DNA of 64,000 nt from Spirochaetaceae bacterium (GCA_051531975.1 JAOPTT010000009.1:384001-448000); one strand, 5' to 3'; shown: positions 1-10,993, counted from the first letter of the stretch. The notes: a model not told the origin generated them from the letters alone. Program-made: numbers and translations.

Positions 1-94
1 TTATATCCAAATATAAACCAAAATAAAGAGTTCAAAAAAAGCATAAATAAAACTTCCATTATCTGGAAACTGTGTTAATATGACTTACTGACAT

Positions 95-145
95 GAGCGA
101 GCGCTCGTTCTGATATAGCAACTTTAATAGAGCGAGTGTTCATTC
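95..145. promoter_or_regulatory. Two related 16-bp imperfect palindromes (candidate repressor operators)
   Basis: GAGCGAGCGCTCGTTC (95-110; one mismatched pair) and GAGCGAGTGTTCATTC (130-145) are 13/16 identical and GC-rich within an AT-rich intergenic region. Confidence 0.55.
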
Positions 146-315
146 TTGATTAGTATTTGTTTGATAGCGGATTAGTTTACACAGTAAAAGTTCCCTCTGT
201 GTATCACTAAAAAAATACAAAGAAGGGAATTTAAACGTTAATAAAACTCGTTGAGTTTATTTATATTGAAGCTTCAATGTCAGCAAAGTGCATTGGTAGT
301 AAGTGAGGAAAAACA

Positions 316-1542
316 ATGAAAAAAATATCAATTTTATTATTAGCTTTCACACTTTTATTTTTATCTTGTGATTTAAAATCACCAGATAGATCTGAAGTTA
401 GTGAAATCCCTGAGGAGATGGAAGGGCAGTGGGTAGGTGTTATCTACAATGCTAAATCTAGTGGTTGGACTTTAGGTGCATTAGCTTCTGCAGGTGCTGG
501 CTTTGATCTACAGGATTATTCTGGAGCTGCCGCATCTAAAACTTCTGTTGAAGATGGTATCTTAGGTGTTGAAATTACATCTGATTCAATTGAGTTTGTT
601 GAACTTGTAAACGATATTGATGGTTATATAAAATCAGCAGACAGAGTTTTAGCTAACGGAATTAGAGCTGAGCTTCAATCTGATATGCCAGATGTTGGTT
701 ACATGTTAACAGGAGATTTAGAATTAGAAAACTTTACTATGTATGACGATGGGGACATTGTTTCTGGTTATCCAGTAGATAGTGAAATTGTAAGTGGTAC
801 AGTTCACTTTCCTAGTTACACAGATACTTCTTCTATTGAAAGTGCTTTAAGAGATCAGATTTATGACTTATTACAAGATGTTGCTAAAAGCCAAAGTGAT
901 ATAACTGAGTTGATAAGTACTTATAAAGGTGTTGTTGCTGCTATGGCTTTAATTCCTGATGCTGTGGCTCTTGGTCTTCCTGGACTTGATGAGACTCTTG
1001 TAAATCAGATGCTTCTTTCTGCATTGATGGGTGATATGGCCACTGTTGGAGCCATTCAGGGTGGGTATGGTAATCCATCTCAGTTATCAGATATTACTAC
1101 TGCCTTAACAGATACTATCACTGAAGAAGTTACAAACCCTACAGTTTTTGCATTAGAAAATGACCTAAGAGATGAGCATAAATCTATTATTGATGACTAT
1201 ATAACAATCGAAGATCTATTTGGATACATTGATGGAAGTGATGAAGGTGGACTAGACGATACTGGAACAGAACAACTTCGATTAGTAAATTTAACTTGGG
1301 GTTATGACAGTGAAACTGGCGAAAACGAAGTTGATACTATTGAGATTTTATGTAATGTTGCAAATACTGACTGGTTACAAGAGAGTTACATAAAGTTAAA
1401 CTCTATTGGTATTGGACGTTATATCGCATATTTAATGGGTGGTGAAATGCCTGTTGATACTGCAGGTGATATGCTAACAGAAATTGTTGGTGGTGCATTT
1501 ATGGATCCAAGATGGACTGAAGTTCAAGATATTGACGAATAG
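316..1542 (+). CDS. Acidic lipoprotein of unknown function
   Basis: 408 aa. Signal MKKISILLLAFTLLFLSC ends in a lipobox Cys. GAGG RBS upstream. Very Asp/Glu-rich. Confidence 0.75.
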   Translation: MKKISILLLAFTLLFLSCDLKSPDRSEVSEIPEEMEGQWVGVIYNAKSSGWTLGALASAGAGFDLQDYSGAAASKTSVEDGILGVEITSDSIEFVELVNDIDGYIKSADRVLANGIRAELQSDMPDVGYMLTGDLELENFTMYDDGDIVSGYPVDSEIVSGTVHFPSYTDTSSIESALRDQIYDLLQDVAKSQSDITELISTYKGVVAAMALIPDAVALGLPGLDETLVNQMLLSALMGDMATVGAIQGGYGNPSQLSDITTALTDTITEEVTNPTVFALENDLRDEHKSIIDDYITIEDLFGYIDGSDEGGLDDTGTEQLRLVNLTWGYDSETGENEVDTIEILCNVANTDWLQESYIKLNSIGIGRYIAYLMGGEMPVDTAGDMLTEIVGGAFMDPRWTEVQDIDE

Positions 1543-1556
1543 GAGAAAATAGAATT

Positions 1557-3152
1557 ATGAAGAAAATTATACTTATATTAGTAACACTATGTATTACTTC
1601 TGGTTTATTTGCAGAAATAACTGTAGATACTGGATTAAGAACGTCAATGTACTGGGCGTTAGACGAAGATGCGGACTACTCTTACAAGTTCGACGACAAC
1701 GGATATTCAGGATTTAGTATTAATGGAGCAGTTGATGACCATACTACATTTCACATGAATATAATACCTGATGGATTTGATGCTGAAGGTGGAACAAGTA
1801 CTCTTTCAGTTGGTAATATCTCTTTTACTACAGAATTATGGAAGAATGTATTAGGAGTAGATAGTGCATTAAACGATAACTTATCTGTTAAATTATTAGG
1901 TGGGATTAGATCATTTAGTGCTCCAGGTAGTTATGGATTTGTTAAGTATATTAGTTACGGAAACTCTGGTGTAGATCAAGCTTCTGTTGGAACTGAAAGT
2001 GGTTTATCTTTAGGTACAGCTCTTAACTACAAAGTTGAAGACCTAGGTAGTTTTACAGGAACTTTTGGTATGTTATCTGATCTTGGTAAAGACGGATTTC
2101 AACAAGTAATGGGTGGAAGAGACGAAGACGAGAGTATTATTGGTAAACAAGCTCCACAAACATTTGCTTCTTTAGGCTTCGACTTATTAGGTAAAAGAGG
2201 TAGTTATGCTACTGACGAATTTCAATTCTTTACTGATATTTCATATGCAAGCGTTGGTGGAAGCAGTATTACTCCTTCAGACTTCTTAACAGACACAGGT
2301 TCTGGTTCAGTTAGAACTGGTGGTCATACTGTAGGTGGTGGTGCTAGAGTAAGTATTCCTATGCCAATAGTAGAAAACGATCCATATTCAAGATTAACTG
2401 TTGGTGGTTCATTCTCTTACTTTGCTGGTAGTACTTATGATGCAGAAGATCTTTTAATGACTGATTGGGATGATGAGACTCCATATGAAGCTGAGTTAAA
2501 CTTTGATTCGTATTATACATATGGTGCTGACTTAGGTTGGGGTATGCCATTTAGTGAAAACTTTGCAATGGACATCGGTTTTGGTATTAGAGGAAGAAGT
2601 GCACAAACTTACGACTTCGAAGATACAGATACCACTTTAGATAACGAAACATTATTACAGTTAGAAGAGAACATGGACATTGGTGGTAGCATCATTTTCC
2701 AATATGGTGGAATATTAGACGGTGTAGAGTTTGGTATTGTTGGAATGTTAGAGAACTTATACAACGGACAATCTCTTCCTAACCTAGAGGACGATAAAAT
2801 GAGAGGATCTCAAAACCTGGATCCTAACCTTATTGTTATGTTCGCAGGTGGAGTTCAGAACAAAATTGGTAAAGGTATGTTAACTACTCAATTACAAGCT
2901 GGTGTATTTAATGCATTAGAAAACGACCTATATGTATCAACTTCTGACGATTCAGATATGGATACTATGATGCCAATGGGTGCTGTAGGTGCTTCATACG
3001 CATTTGACGGTGTATTAATTGACTTAGGTTACGTTTATACTCCAATGGGTGGTATGGAAACTTCTTTACTAGATATTAAAACTGGTAGACCTGACTTACA
3101 AGCAGGAGCTAAAAGTGGTATTTACTTCACTGTTAGCTACAATTTCAAGTAA
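1557..3152 (+). CDS. Putative outer-membrane beta-barrel / major sheath-like protein
   Basis: 531 aa. Cleavable signal (GLFA-EI), Gly/aromatic-rich alternating strands, C-terminus GIYFTVSYNFK resembles a beta-signal. AGGAG RBS. Confidence 0.6.
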   Translation: MKKIILILVTLCITSGLFAEITVDTGLRTSMYWALDEDADYSYKFDDNGYSGFSINGAVDDHTTFHMNIIPDGFDAEGGTSTLSVGNISFTTELWKNVLGVDSALNDNLSVKLLGGIRSFSAPGSYGFVKYISYGNSGVDQASVGTESGLSLGTALNYKVEDLGSFTGTFGMLSDLGKDGFQQVMGGRDEDESIIGKQAPQTFASLGFDLLGKRGSYATDEFQFFTDISYASVGGSSITPSDFLTDTGSGSVRTGGHTVGGGARVSIPMPIVENDPYSRLTVGGSFSYFAGSTYDAEDLLMTDWDDETPYEAELNFDSYYTYGADLGWGMPFSENFAMDIGFGIRGRSAQTYDFEDTDTTLDNETLLQLEENMDIGGSIIFQYGGILDGVEFGIVGMLENLYNGQSLPNLEDDKMRGSQNLDPNLIVMFAGGVQNKIGKGMLTTQLQAGVFNALENDLYVSTSDDSDMDTMMPMGAVGASYAFDGVLIDLGYVYTPMGGMETSLLDIKTGRPDLQAGAKSGIYFTVSYNFK

Positions 3153-3175
3153 CAATAATTAACTTTTAATAATAT

Positions 3176-3206
3176 CCGGAGTAACTTCTGTTACTTCGGT
3201 TTACTT
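3176..3206 (+). terminator. Intrinsic terminator
   Basis: CCGGAGTAAC-TTCT-GTTACTTCGG hairpin followed by TTTACTT, just downstream of the stop codon. Confidence 0.7.
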
Positions 3207-3256
3207 AAGAATCTAAACAATCCTGTATATCGCAACAATACATTCACTTAAAATTA

Positions 3257-3286
3257 TTGACATATGTATAATAACTCATATAAATT
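3257..3286 (+). promoter_or_regulatory. Putative sigma70 promoter
   Basis: TTGACA at 3257-3262, with TATAAA or TAAATT 16-18 bp downstream. Confidence 0.45.
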
Positions 3287-3341
3287 CATAAAGAAGTTAT
3301 GCAGGAATGACCTGGGCTACGGGGTATAAAGGAAAAAATGT

Positions 3342-4232
3342 ATGAAATATTTTGATCTCTTTAAACGAAACCTAGGGGTTTTTAACAAAGATGAACAACA
3401 ATCACTTAGAACTAAAAGAGTCGTAATAATTGGAACCGGTGGTATTGGTGGCATAGCAGCAAATATTTTTGCCCGTTCAGGTGTAGAAAATTTCCTGTTA
3501 TCAGATTTTGATTTTTATGAAGTTTCTAATATAAATAGACAGATAAATGCAAATGTTAATACATTAAATGAAAATAAAGCAGAAAATACTGCTAAAGCCT
3601 TATTAGATATAAACCCTAATATAAAATGCAAAGTAATATCTAAAAAAATGAGTTTCTCTGAAATAAAGCAGGAATTAATTAAGTCAGATTTTATATTCCC
3701 TGCCGCCGATGATTTTGCGTTTAGTTTAACTCTATTCCGAATTGCTAAAGACCTTGGGAAACCTGGATTAGTAGTGGTCCCATCAGGACTTTGGGCAAGG
3801 ATTGCTGTCATTTCAGCAGAGTATTCAAGGGTTGAGAGTCTTTTTGGTTTGCCTTATATCAAAGCTGAAACTTACGACGAGTTATATCATAAATTAAAAG
3901 AAATAATGTCTGCTAAGTTATATAAATACGGTGCTAACTTTTATAAAACTATAGGTGGATGGCAAAAAGATTATTTTGAGATGTTTATTAAAGAAGAAGT
4001 CCCTCCTACGCAGATCTGTCCATTAGTATGGGCGGCATCATCAGTTGGGGTTTTAGAATCAATAAAATATCTAACAAATAGAAAATCTGCTCTGATTCTT
4101 CCAAAATTTATTGAGTTTAGTAGTTCAAAAATCAGACAGAGAAACCTCTACTTTCCATCTCTTACTACTCTAAGGATATTAAAGTCTAAGTTATTACTTT
4201 CTATGTATAGACTAAAAAGAGGTAACAATTGA
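3342..4232 (+). CDS. ThiF/MoeB/HesA-family (E1-like) adenylyltransferase
   Basis: VVIIGTGGIGG nucleotide-binding loop, DFDFYEVSNINRQ motif, NKAE...INP motif. Confidence 0.85.
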   Translation: MKYFDLFKRNLGVFNKDEQQSLRTKRVVIIGTGGIGGIAANIFARSGVENFLLSDFDFYEVSNINRQINANVNTLNENKAENTAKALLDINPNIKCKVISKKMSFSEIKQELIKSDFIFPAADDFAFSLTLFRIAKDLGKPGLVVVPSGLWARIAVISAEYSRVESLFGLPYIKAETYDELYHKLKEIMSAKLYKYGANFYKTIGGWQKDYFEMFIKEEVPPTQICPLVWAASSVGVLESIKYLTNRKSALILPKFIEFSSSKIRQRNLYFPSLTTLRILKSKLLLSMYRLKRGNN

Positions 4233-4261
4233 CGATTGATAGATAAATTCACTGAATTTAT

Positions 4262-4297
4262 TTGCCTATTTCCAAAAAAATTAGTATCTTTTGGAAA
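4262..4297 (+). promoter_or_regulatory. Putative htpG promoter overlapped by an inverted repeat
   Basis: TTGCCT-17 bp-TATCTT (4262-4290). Inverted repeat TTTCCAAAA-N11-TTTTGGAAA (4269-4297). Confidence 0.45.
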
Positions 4298-4324
4298 AAT
4301 ACAAATAGAGAGGATTGCCCAGAT

Positions 4325-6187
4325 ATGTCACATCAGCAGTTTAAAACAGAAGTAAACGATTTATTACAACTTATTACTCATTCACTATATTCACATAGTG
4401 AAATCTTTTTACGAGAGTTAGTATCTAACTCATCGGATGCGTTGGATAAGTTAAAATACTTAACACTAACAGATGAGAAATTAAAAGATTTAGATTTTAC
4501 TCCACAAATTGATATTGAGTTAGATGAAGCGAACCATAAGATATTTACAGTTAAAGATAACGGTATTGGTATGGACAAAGAGGATTTAATAAGCTCTTTA
4601 GGTACTATTGCCCGATCTGGAACTAAAAACTTCTTAAAGACTTTATCAGAAGATGCTAAAAAAGATTCAAACTTAATTGGTCAATTTGGTGTTGGTTTCT
4701 ATTCAGTATTCATGATCGCAGATAAAGCTGAAGTTATTTCAAAAAAAGCTGGTGAAGATCAAGCTTGGAAATGGACTTCAGATGGTAAAACTGGTTTCGA
4801 CATTGTTGAAGCGGAAAGAGATACTCATGGTACTACAATTATTTTACATCTTAATGAAAATGGTAAAGAGTACGATAACAAATGGCAAGTTGAGCAGATT
4901 ACTAAAAAGTACTCAAATCACATTGCGTTCCCTATCTACCTTCACTATGAAAAAACTGAATATGGTAAAGAGGGTGAAGATCCTACAAAAACTCCAACAA
5001 CTGAGCAGATTAACTCTGCTTCAGCACTTTGGAGAAAATCTAAAAACGACTTAAAACCAGAGGATTATAACGAGTTTTACAAAACAATTTCTAACGATTT
5101 TCAAGATCCAATGTTTCATGTCCATACAAGAGCGGAAGGGCATTTAGAGTATAATACTCTTTTTTACTTCCCTGCTAAGGCTCCAACTGATATGTTCCAG
5201 GCGGACTACCAGCCAGGTGTAAAACTTTATGTTAAACGTGTATTTATTACAGATGACGATAAAGAGTTATTACCTACATACTTAAGATTTGTGAAGGGTA
5301 TTATCGATTCTGAAGATCTACCATTAAACGTAAGTAGAGAGTTATTACAGAAAAACAAAGTTCTACACAATATTAAAACAGCATCAACAAAGAAGATATT
5401 AAGTGAAATAAAAAAACTTCAGAACAATACAGAGAAGTTCACAGCTTTTATCGATGAGTATAATAGACCTTTAAAAGAGGGTTTATATTCTGACCACGAT
5501 AACAAAGAGAAGTTAATGGAGTTAGTTCGATTTAAATCTACAGCAGTAGAGGGTTGGACAAGCTTTAAAGAGTATAAAGAGAGAATGAAAGAGGACCAAA
5601 AGTCTATCTACTTTATTACTGGTGATAACGAAGGTTTCTTAAGAAACTCTCCACTTCTTGAAGTTTACAAAAGCAAAGATATCGAAGTTTTAATAATGGC
5701 AGATGAGATCGACGAAGTTGTAATTCCAATGTTAGGTAAATACGATGATATCGACTTAAAAGGTATAAACAAAGCCGGTTCTGCAGATGAGATTAAAACT
5801 GATGATGATAAAAAATCTGAAGATGAAATTAAGCCACTAATCGAAAAGATTAAGGAAGCTTTAGGTGACAAAGTTAAAGACGTTGTTGCATCTACTAGAT
5901 TAACTGATTCTCCTTCTTGTGTTGTTGCAGACGAAAATGACCCAACATCACAGATGGCTCAGATGATGAAAGCTATGGGACAACCTGTTCCAGATGTAGT
6001 TCCTGTACTTGAAATTAACCCAACACACGGTATTGTGTCTAAGTTAACAGTTGATACAGATAAAGATCTATTAGCTGATGTTAGTTTCTTATTATTAGAA
6101 CAAGCACTTCTTATTGAAGGTACTCCTTTAAAAGATCCTGCTGCATTTAGTAAAAGATTAAATAGAATTCTTAACTTAGCACTTTAA
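4325..6187 (+). CDS. htpG: Molecular chaperone HtpG (Hsp90)
   Basis: IFLRELVSNSSDA, DNGIGM, IGQFGVGFYS and DLPLNVSRE motifs. Start moved to ATG 4325, which follows a GAGG RBS. Confidence 0.97.
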   Translation: MSHQQFKTEVNDLLQLITHSLYSHSEIFLRELVSNSSDALDKLKYLTLTDEKLKDLDFTPQIDIELDEANHKIFTVKDNGIGMDKEDLISSLGTIARSGTKNFLKTLSEDAKKDSNLIGQFGVGFYSVFMIADKAEVISKKAGEDQAWKWTSDGKTGFDIVEAERDTHGTTIILHLNENGKEYDNKWQVEQITKKYSNHIAFPIYLHYEKTEYGKEGEDPTKTPTTEQINSASALWRKSKNDLKPEDYNEFYKTISNDFQDPMFHVHTRAEGHLEYNTLFYFPAKAPTDMFQADYQPGVKLYVKRVFITDDDKELLPTYLRFVKGIIDSEDLPLNVSRELLQKNKVLHNIKTASTKKILSEIKKLQNNTEKFTAFIDEYNRPLKEGLYSDHDNKEKLMELVRFKSTAVEGWTSFKEYKERMKEDQKSIYFITGDNEGFLRNSPLLEVYKSKDIEVLIMADEIDEVVIPMLGKYDDIDLKGINKAGSADEIKTDDDKKSEDEIKPLIEKIKEALGDKVKDVVASTRLTDSPSCVVADENDPTSQMAQMMKAMGQPVPDVVPVLEINPTHGIVSKLTVDTDKDLLADVSFLLLEQALLIEGTPLKDPAAFSKRLNRILNLAL

Positions 6188-6208
6188 TCATTAAACATAA
6201 AATTTCAT

Positions 6209-6237
6209 AAAACCTCTGAGAAATCAGAGGTTTTTTT
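6209..6237 (+). terminator. Intrinsic terminator
   Basis: AAAACCTCTGA-GAAA-TCAGAGGTTTTTTT. Confidence 0.9.
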
Positions 6238-6333
6238 AGTTTAATAACATTTAACAGAATAATTGAAGTCAATTAGCTTCTTATTGGGAACTTTTGTACT
6301 GTTCAATTAAAAAATGTAGGATATACTACTGTT

Positions 6334-7188
6334 ATGACTAAACTACCCATACTTCTTATATTTATAATACTGACCTCCACAATTTTGTATTCACAAACTA
6401 CCTATACATATCGTTCCCCAGAAAGTAAAAATGACAGAAGATATGATTATGATAATGCCTTATTAAAATTAGCCCTCGACAAGACCTTAAAAACCGATGG
6501 TGATTATATTCTAAAACCTAGCCCACAGATGAATTTTAAAAGAATGTTTGAATATATCAAATCAGGGAAATTAATTAATCCAATATTTAAAAACTCAGCT
6601 AGTAATCAACTTTGTGAAGAATATGATTATATAAACTTTCCTGTAGATTTAGGGATTGTAGGGTATAGACTCTTTTTTGTATCACCAGATAAAAATATGC
6701 AGTTTGAATCAGTTAAAACCTTGGAGGATCTTAGGAACTTTAAAATGATTCAGGGAGCAGGTTGGAAAGATATTGAAATATTAAGAAATTCCGGATTTGA
6801 TGTTAAAGTTTCACCTAAATATGAGAATCTTTTTATTGAAGTAGTCAAAAATAAAGTAGATCTATTTCCCAGAGGCATGAACGAGATTTTAGATGAGATG
6901 TCTAACCACAAAAACCTTAAAGGTTTAAGTTTTAACAGCGATATTATTTTATATTATCCACTACCTAGATTTTTTTACACCTCAAAGGGAAACGAGGAAG
7001 CATTAGATAGAGTCAGCCGAGGAATATGGATAGCCTATGAAGATGGATCTCTTGTTAAATTATGGGAGAAATATTATGGCGAGAGTATTAAAAAAATTGG
7101 TACTAAAAATAAAACTATAATTACAATTACGAATCCTTTAGTGAGTGATGTAGATAAATCCTATGAGAAGTATCTATTTAAATTTTAA
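6334..7188 (+). CDS. Periplasmic substrate-binding-fold protein
   Basis: Signal peptide; [27 protein letters not shown] and [10 protein letters not shown] segments typical of type-2 periplasmic binding proteins. Confidence 0.7.
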   Translation: MTKLPILLIFIILTSTILYSQTTYTYRSPESKNDRRYDYDNALLKLALDKTLKTDGDYILKPSPQMNFKRMFEYIKSGKLINPIFKNSASNQLCEEYDYINFPVDLGIVGYRLFFVSPDKNMQFESVKTLEDLRNFKMIQGAGWKDIEILRNSGFDVKVSPKYENLFIEVVKNKVDLFPRGMNEILDEMSNHKNLKGLSFNSDIILYYPLPRFFYTSKGNEEALDRVSRGIWIAYEDGSLVKLWEKYYGESIKKIGTKNKTIITITNPLVSDVDKSYEKYLFKF

Positions 7189-9023
7189 GATGTTTTAAAT
7201 TTATTTAATTCATTATCAAGTGTTTGGCTAACGTTACTCATTTCTATACCTAAATCAGATACACTTTTTACCTGGGTTTTAATCATATCCATATCTGTTT
7301 TTATGTTCTCATTACCGTCATGAACTTTATTAGTAATCTGCTTAAGTACATTTAGAGACTCATTTACACTTTTGGTAGAAAGAGTCATATTATCAGAGGT
7401 AAATTTTAGATCAGAAGTTAAGTTTTGTAGATTTACCATAGTGTTCTTTACTAAATCACCACTATTACCTAGTTCATTCATACTATTAAGCACACTAGAA
7501 TTATTGTTAGAAACATTCTCTATAAACTGTCTTATATCTTTAAACGATGTAGTTGTATCCTGGTTATATTTGTCTGCGTTCTCTATATGATCAATCACCT
7601 TTTTTATATTAACTGTGATAATTTTAGAGTTATTCGATGAAGCTTCAGCTAATTTTCTAATCTCATCAGCTACCACAGAAAATCCTTTTCCTGCTTCTCC
7701 TGCATGTGCCGCTTCAATTGCAGCATTCATAGACAGAAGATTTGTCTGAGATGATATATCCTCGATTAGATCTGACATACCTTTAATTTGCGAAATACTA
7801 TCTATAATATCTTTAATACTTGTACTTGTATTATTTAGGTTTTGTTCACCGATATTTGATAATGTAACTAATCTATCGGCTGTATTTTGGTTTTCGCTGA
7901 CAGTATCTGATATTGAATTAACAGTTGAAGTTATCTGATTAATTGCGACAGAAGATTCATCTACCATTGTTAACTCATCACTAATCATTATTTGAAGTTT
8001 ATCAATGAAGGATAGTATATCAGCAATAGATTCCTCAGAAGTTTTAACACTGTTATTTAAGTTTCCTGTATGCTGTGACATCTCTATAATATTAGAGTTA
8101 ATGTTTCCAATTGAGTCTAAGGACTTATCAAAAGAGTTCATCATATTATCTTTGATTTTTATATTATTGTCCGAAGTTGTTTGTATCTCTTTAATAGAAA
8201 AAGATAGGGATTTTAAAAAGGTATTTAGTGTATTTGCTAGTTTTCCTAACTCGTCATGTGAATTAATATTGTATCTGTTTGTTAGATCCATACTTTCTAA
8301 ATATTCTGTATTGATATCGATATTTTTTATATTATTTATAATTTTTTGTGTAACGATTACAGATAATATTATTCCAATAATTGTCATTATAAAGCCAAGG
8401 GTAATGGCCACCCTTTGACTACTTAACATAATTTTTTCAATCTCTTTATCAATTAATAAATATTGCTCATTTATGATATTTTTACTTGTTAATAGAGCAT
8501 TATACATCGATTTTATATTGTTTATTAGAGTATAGGAGTTTGTATTGAAAACACTGTTTTCTTGTTCATTTTTTGCGTAATTTTTATATATATTACTTAT
8601 AACCATAATGCTATTTGTTGTTGTTAAACCCTGACTATTATTTTGTACTATAGTTATAGATCTGTTAAGAGCTTCTCTTTTTATAATCATGAGATTCTGA
8701 ATATCTGATATAAGATTAATTGATTCTTTTATTGTTTCACTTTTAACGATTAGTACTTCTATTTCTGATAGAGATGCAAATCCAATACCAGTGTTTTTAG
8801 CTACAAGATTATAATCTTTAGCGATGGAATCAAATTTAACAAACATAAACTGTCCAAGAGATATTAGTTCATCGTTTAGGTTTCCCTGAAGACTTATTAA
8901 TATCTCTTTTTCAGATTTCATTTGGTTTATAGGTTTTGTCATAATTAAGAAAAGCAAAAAACTAATTGTTAAGAAAAACAGTATTATTGTTAATGATCCA
9001 TATAGTTTTCTATTTATTTTCAT
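7185..9023 (-). CDS. Methyl-accepting chemotaxis protein
   Basis: Two TM segments, HAMP (DELGKLA), and [34 protein letters not shown]. Confidence 0.95.
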   Translation of the reverse strand: MKINRKLYGSLTIILFFLTISFLLFLIMTKPINQMKSEKEILISLQGNLNDELISLGQFMFVKFDSIAKDYNLVAKNTGIGFASLSEIEVLIVKSETIKESINLISDIQNLMIIKREALNRSITIVQNNSQGLTTTNSIMVISNIYKNYAKNEQENSVFNTNSYTLINNIKSMYNALLTSKNIINEQYLLIDKEIEKIMLSSQRVAITLGFIMTIIGIILSVIVTQKIINNIKNIDINTEYLESMDLTNRYNINSHDELGKLANTLNTFLKSLSFSIKEIQTTSDNNIKIKDNMMNSFDKSLDSIGNINSNIIEMSQHTGNLNNSVKTSEESIADILSFIDKLQIMISDELTMVDESSVAINQITSTVNSISDTVSENQNTADRLVTLSNIGEQNLNNTSTSIKDIIDSISQIKGMSDLIEDISSQTNLLSMNAAIEAAHAGEAGKGFSVVADEIRKLAEASSNNSKIITVNIKKVIDHIENADKYNQDTTTSFKDIRQFIENVSNNNSSVLNSMNELGNSGDLVKNTMVNLQNLTSDLKFTSDNMTLSTKSVNESLNVLKQITNKVHDGNENIKTDMDMIKTQVKSVSDLGIEMSNVSQTLDNELNKFKTS

Positions 9024-9085
9024 CTTTCACCCTCCTAGTTTGTGACAATAACAGGCACACAAAAGTTAGGTATACCTGTTTAATA

Positions 9086-10390
9086 TTATTTAACTCCCAT
9101 TATCAAATTAGGGATTGTGAGTGAAATTGCTGGAACAAATGTTATTAATAAAAGAACTACTATCATCATTGAATACAGTGGTAACATCGCTTTTGCAGCT
9201 TTCTCTATAGGTATTTTTCCAATAGCACAACCAACAAATAGAGCTGACCCTACAGGAGGAGTACAAAGACCAATACCTAGATTTAAAATTAACATAATTC
9301 CAAACTGAATAGGGCTCATTCCTAATGCTGTAACTACAACAGGATATAAGATTGGTGTTGTAATTAGTATTAGTGGTGCCATATCCATAATAGTTCCCAG
9401 AAGTAATAACATTACATTTATTAATAACAGAAGAATTATTTTATTCTCTGAAATAGTTAATAGTAAGTTTGTTGCAGCAGCAGGAACCTTTAAGAACGCT
9501 AATAACCAACCAAATGCACTAGCAGCAGCAATTAAACTCATAACCATAGCAAGAGTTTTTAATGTTGAATATAAAATGTCTTTAAACTTTTTAAGCTTGA
9601 TCTCTTTATATACAAAAAATGTAATAATAAATGCATAAACACAAGCTATTGCTGCAGATTCAGTTGCTGTAAAAACACCTGTTATAACTCCACCAATAAT
9701 AATTATAGCAGTAATTAGACCTAAAAATGCATCTTTACAAATAATTAAGCCCTCTTTTAGGCCATATTTTCTCTCTCTTGGGTAATTTCTTTTAACTGCA
9801 ATTATAAAACTTATTATCATTAAAGAGAGACCTAATAATACACCTGGGAGTAAACCACCTAAAAATAGTCTACCTACAGATACACCACCGGCAGCCATGG
9901 CATAAATTATCATATTGTGACTTGGTGGAATTATTACACCCTGACAGGCACTAGTAACTGTTATACCAACAGCGTAATCGTCATCGTAACCTTTCTCTTT
10001 CATCATTGGTATTATCATTGTACCAATAGAAGATACATCTGCTACTGCAGAACCAGAGATTCCTCCAAAAAACATACTAGAGAGTACGTTTACCTGAGCT
10101 AATCCACCGGGGATTCTACCAATTAATACGTTTGAAAACTGAATTAACCTTCTTGATATCCCACCTTGGCTCATTAGTTCTCCAGCCAAGATAAAAAATG
10201 GAATAGCTATAAGGGAATATGAATTTACTCCCTGAACCATTCTCTGAACAATTGCTAATAGAGGTATATTTAGATATATCGCAGTTAATATCGATGACAT
10301 AGCGAGACTAAATGTAATAGGTACTTTTAGAATTAACATAAGTACAAATCCACCAAGTAAAATCATTGTTGCAATATCAGTTGATTCCAT
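9086..10390 (-). CDS. dctM: TRAP transporter large permease
   Basis: AIPFFILAGELM, GGISGSAVAD, IIPPS and GLCTPPVG motifs. Confidence 0.95.
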   Translation of the reverse strand: MESTDIATMILLGGFVLMLILKVPITFSLAMSSILTAIYLNIPLLAIVQRMVQGVNSYSLIAIPFFILAGELMSQGGISRRLIQFSNVLIGRIPGGLAQVNVLSSMFFGGISGSAVADVSSIGTMIIPMMKEKGYDDDYAVGITVTSACQGVIIPPSHNMIIYAMAAGGVSVGRLFLGGLLPGVLLGLSLMIISFIIAVKRNYPRERKYGLKEGLIICKDAFLGLITAIIIIGGVITGVFTATESAAIACVYAFIITFFVYKEIKLKKFKDILYSTLKTLAMVMSLIAAASAFGWLLAFLKVPAAATNLLLTISENKIILLLLINVMLLLLGTIMDMAPLILITTPILYPVVVTALGMSPIQFGIMLILNLGIGLCTPPVGSALFVGCAIGKIPIEKAAKAMLPLYSMMIVVLLLITFVPAISLTIPNLIMGVK

Positions 10391-10422
10391 TTGAACCTCC
10401 TATAATGAAATTAAGGAGCACA

Positions 10423-10950
10423 TTATTTTTTATCATCAGGAACTCCTATAAATAAATTTTCAATTTCGACCGCAGAATCTTCTATGCCAAATAGGTCCAT
10501 AACCGATTCAAATATTATTAATACCCCAGATATTGGAAGTATCATGTATAAAACGGAACTAGGCCACTCGGTTGCAGGCATTATTGACCTTGAAGTAAAA
10601 CCAATTATTTTTGTCCCATAAACAATCATAATTACGGCAATAAAAATAGTAATTAGATCTTTTAATATTTTTAATATTTTAAAAACTACTGGTGGCATAT
10701 TTTTAGGAAGTATATGAAGGCTAATATGTAACCCTTGTTTCACCCCTATAGCCATCGCTATATATGTAAACCAGACAACTAAAATCTTTGTAACTTCTTC
10801 TGCCCAGAATAACCCTGAGCTTAATACAAACCGCATAAATATATTGGTTGATGTTATTAGTGTTATGCCAATAATTAATACCATTGCTAGATATACAAAC
10901 AGTGTGTGTATTGTATTTACTGACTTAATCAGCATTTGTTTAATATTCAT
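10423..10950 (-). CDS. dctQ: TRAP transporter small permease
   Basis: Four TM segments, MRFV...WAEEV motif, located between dctP and dctM. Confidence 0.92.
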   Translation of the reverse strand: MNIKQMLIKSVNTIHTLFVYLAMVLIIGITLITSTNIFMRFVLSSGLFWAEEVTKILVVWFTYIAMAIGVKQGLHISLHILPKNMPPVVFKILKILKDLITIFIAVIMIVYGTKIIGFTSRSIMPATEWPSSVLYMILPISGVLIIFESVMDLFGIEDSAVEIENLFIGVPDDKK

Positions 10951-10971
10951 AATTGACCCTTTAGATAGGTA

Positions 10972-10993
10972 GGAGCCGGATAAATCCAGCTCC
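10972..10993 (-). promoter_or_regulatory. Intercistronic stem-loop after dctP
   Basis: Minus strand GGAGCTGGAT-TT-ATCCGGCTCC with no U-tract; consistent with an mRNA-stabilising hairpin. Confidence 0.55.
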
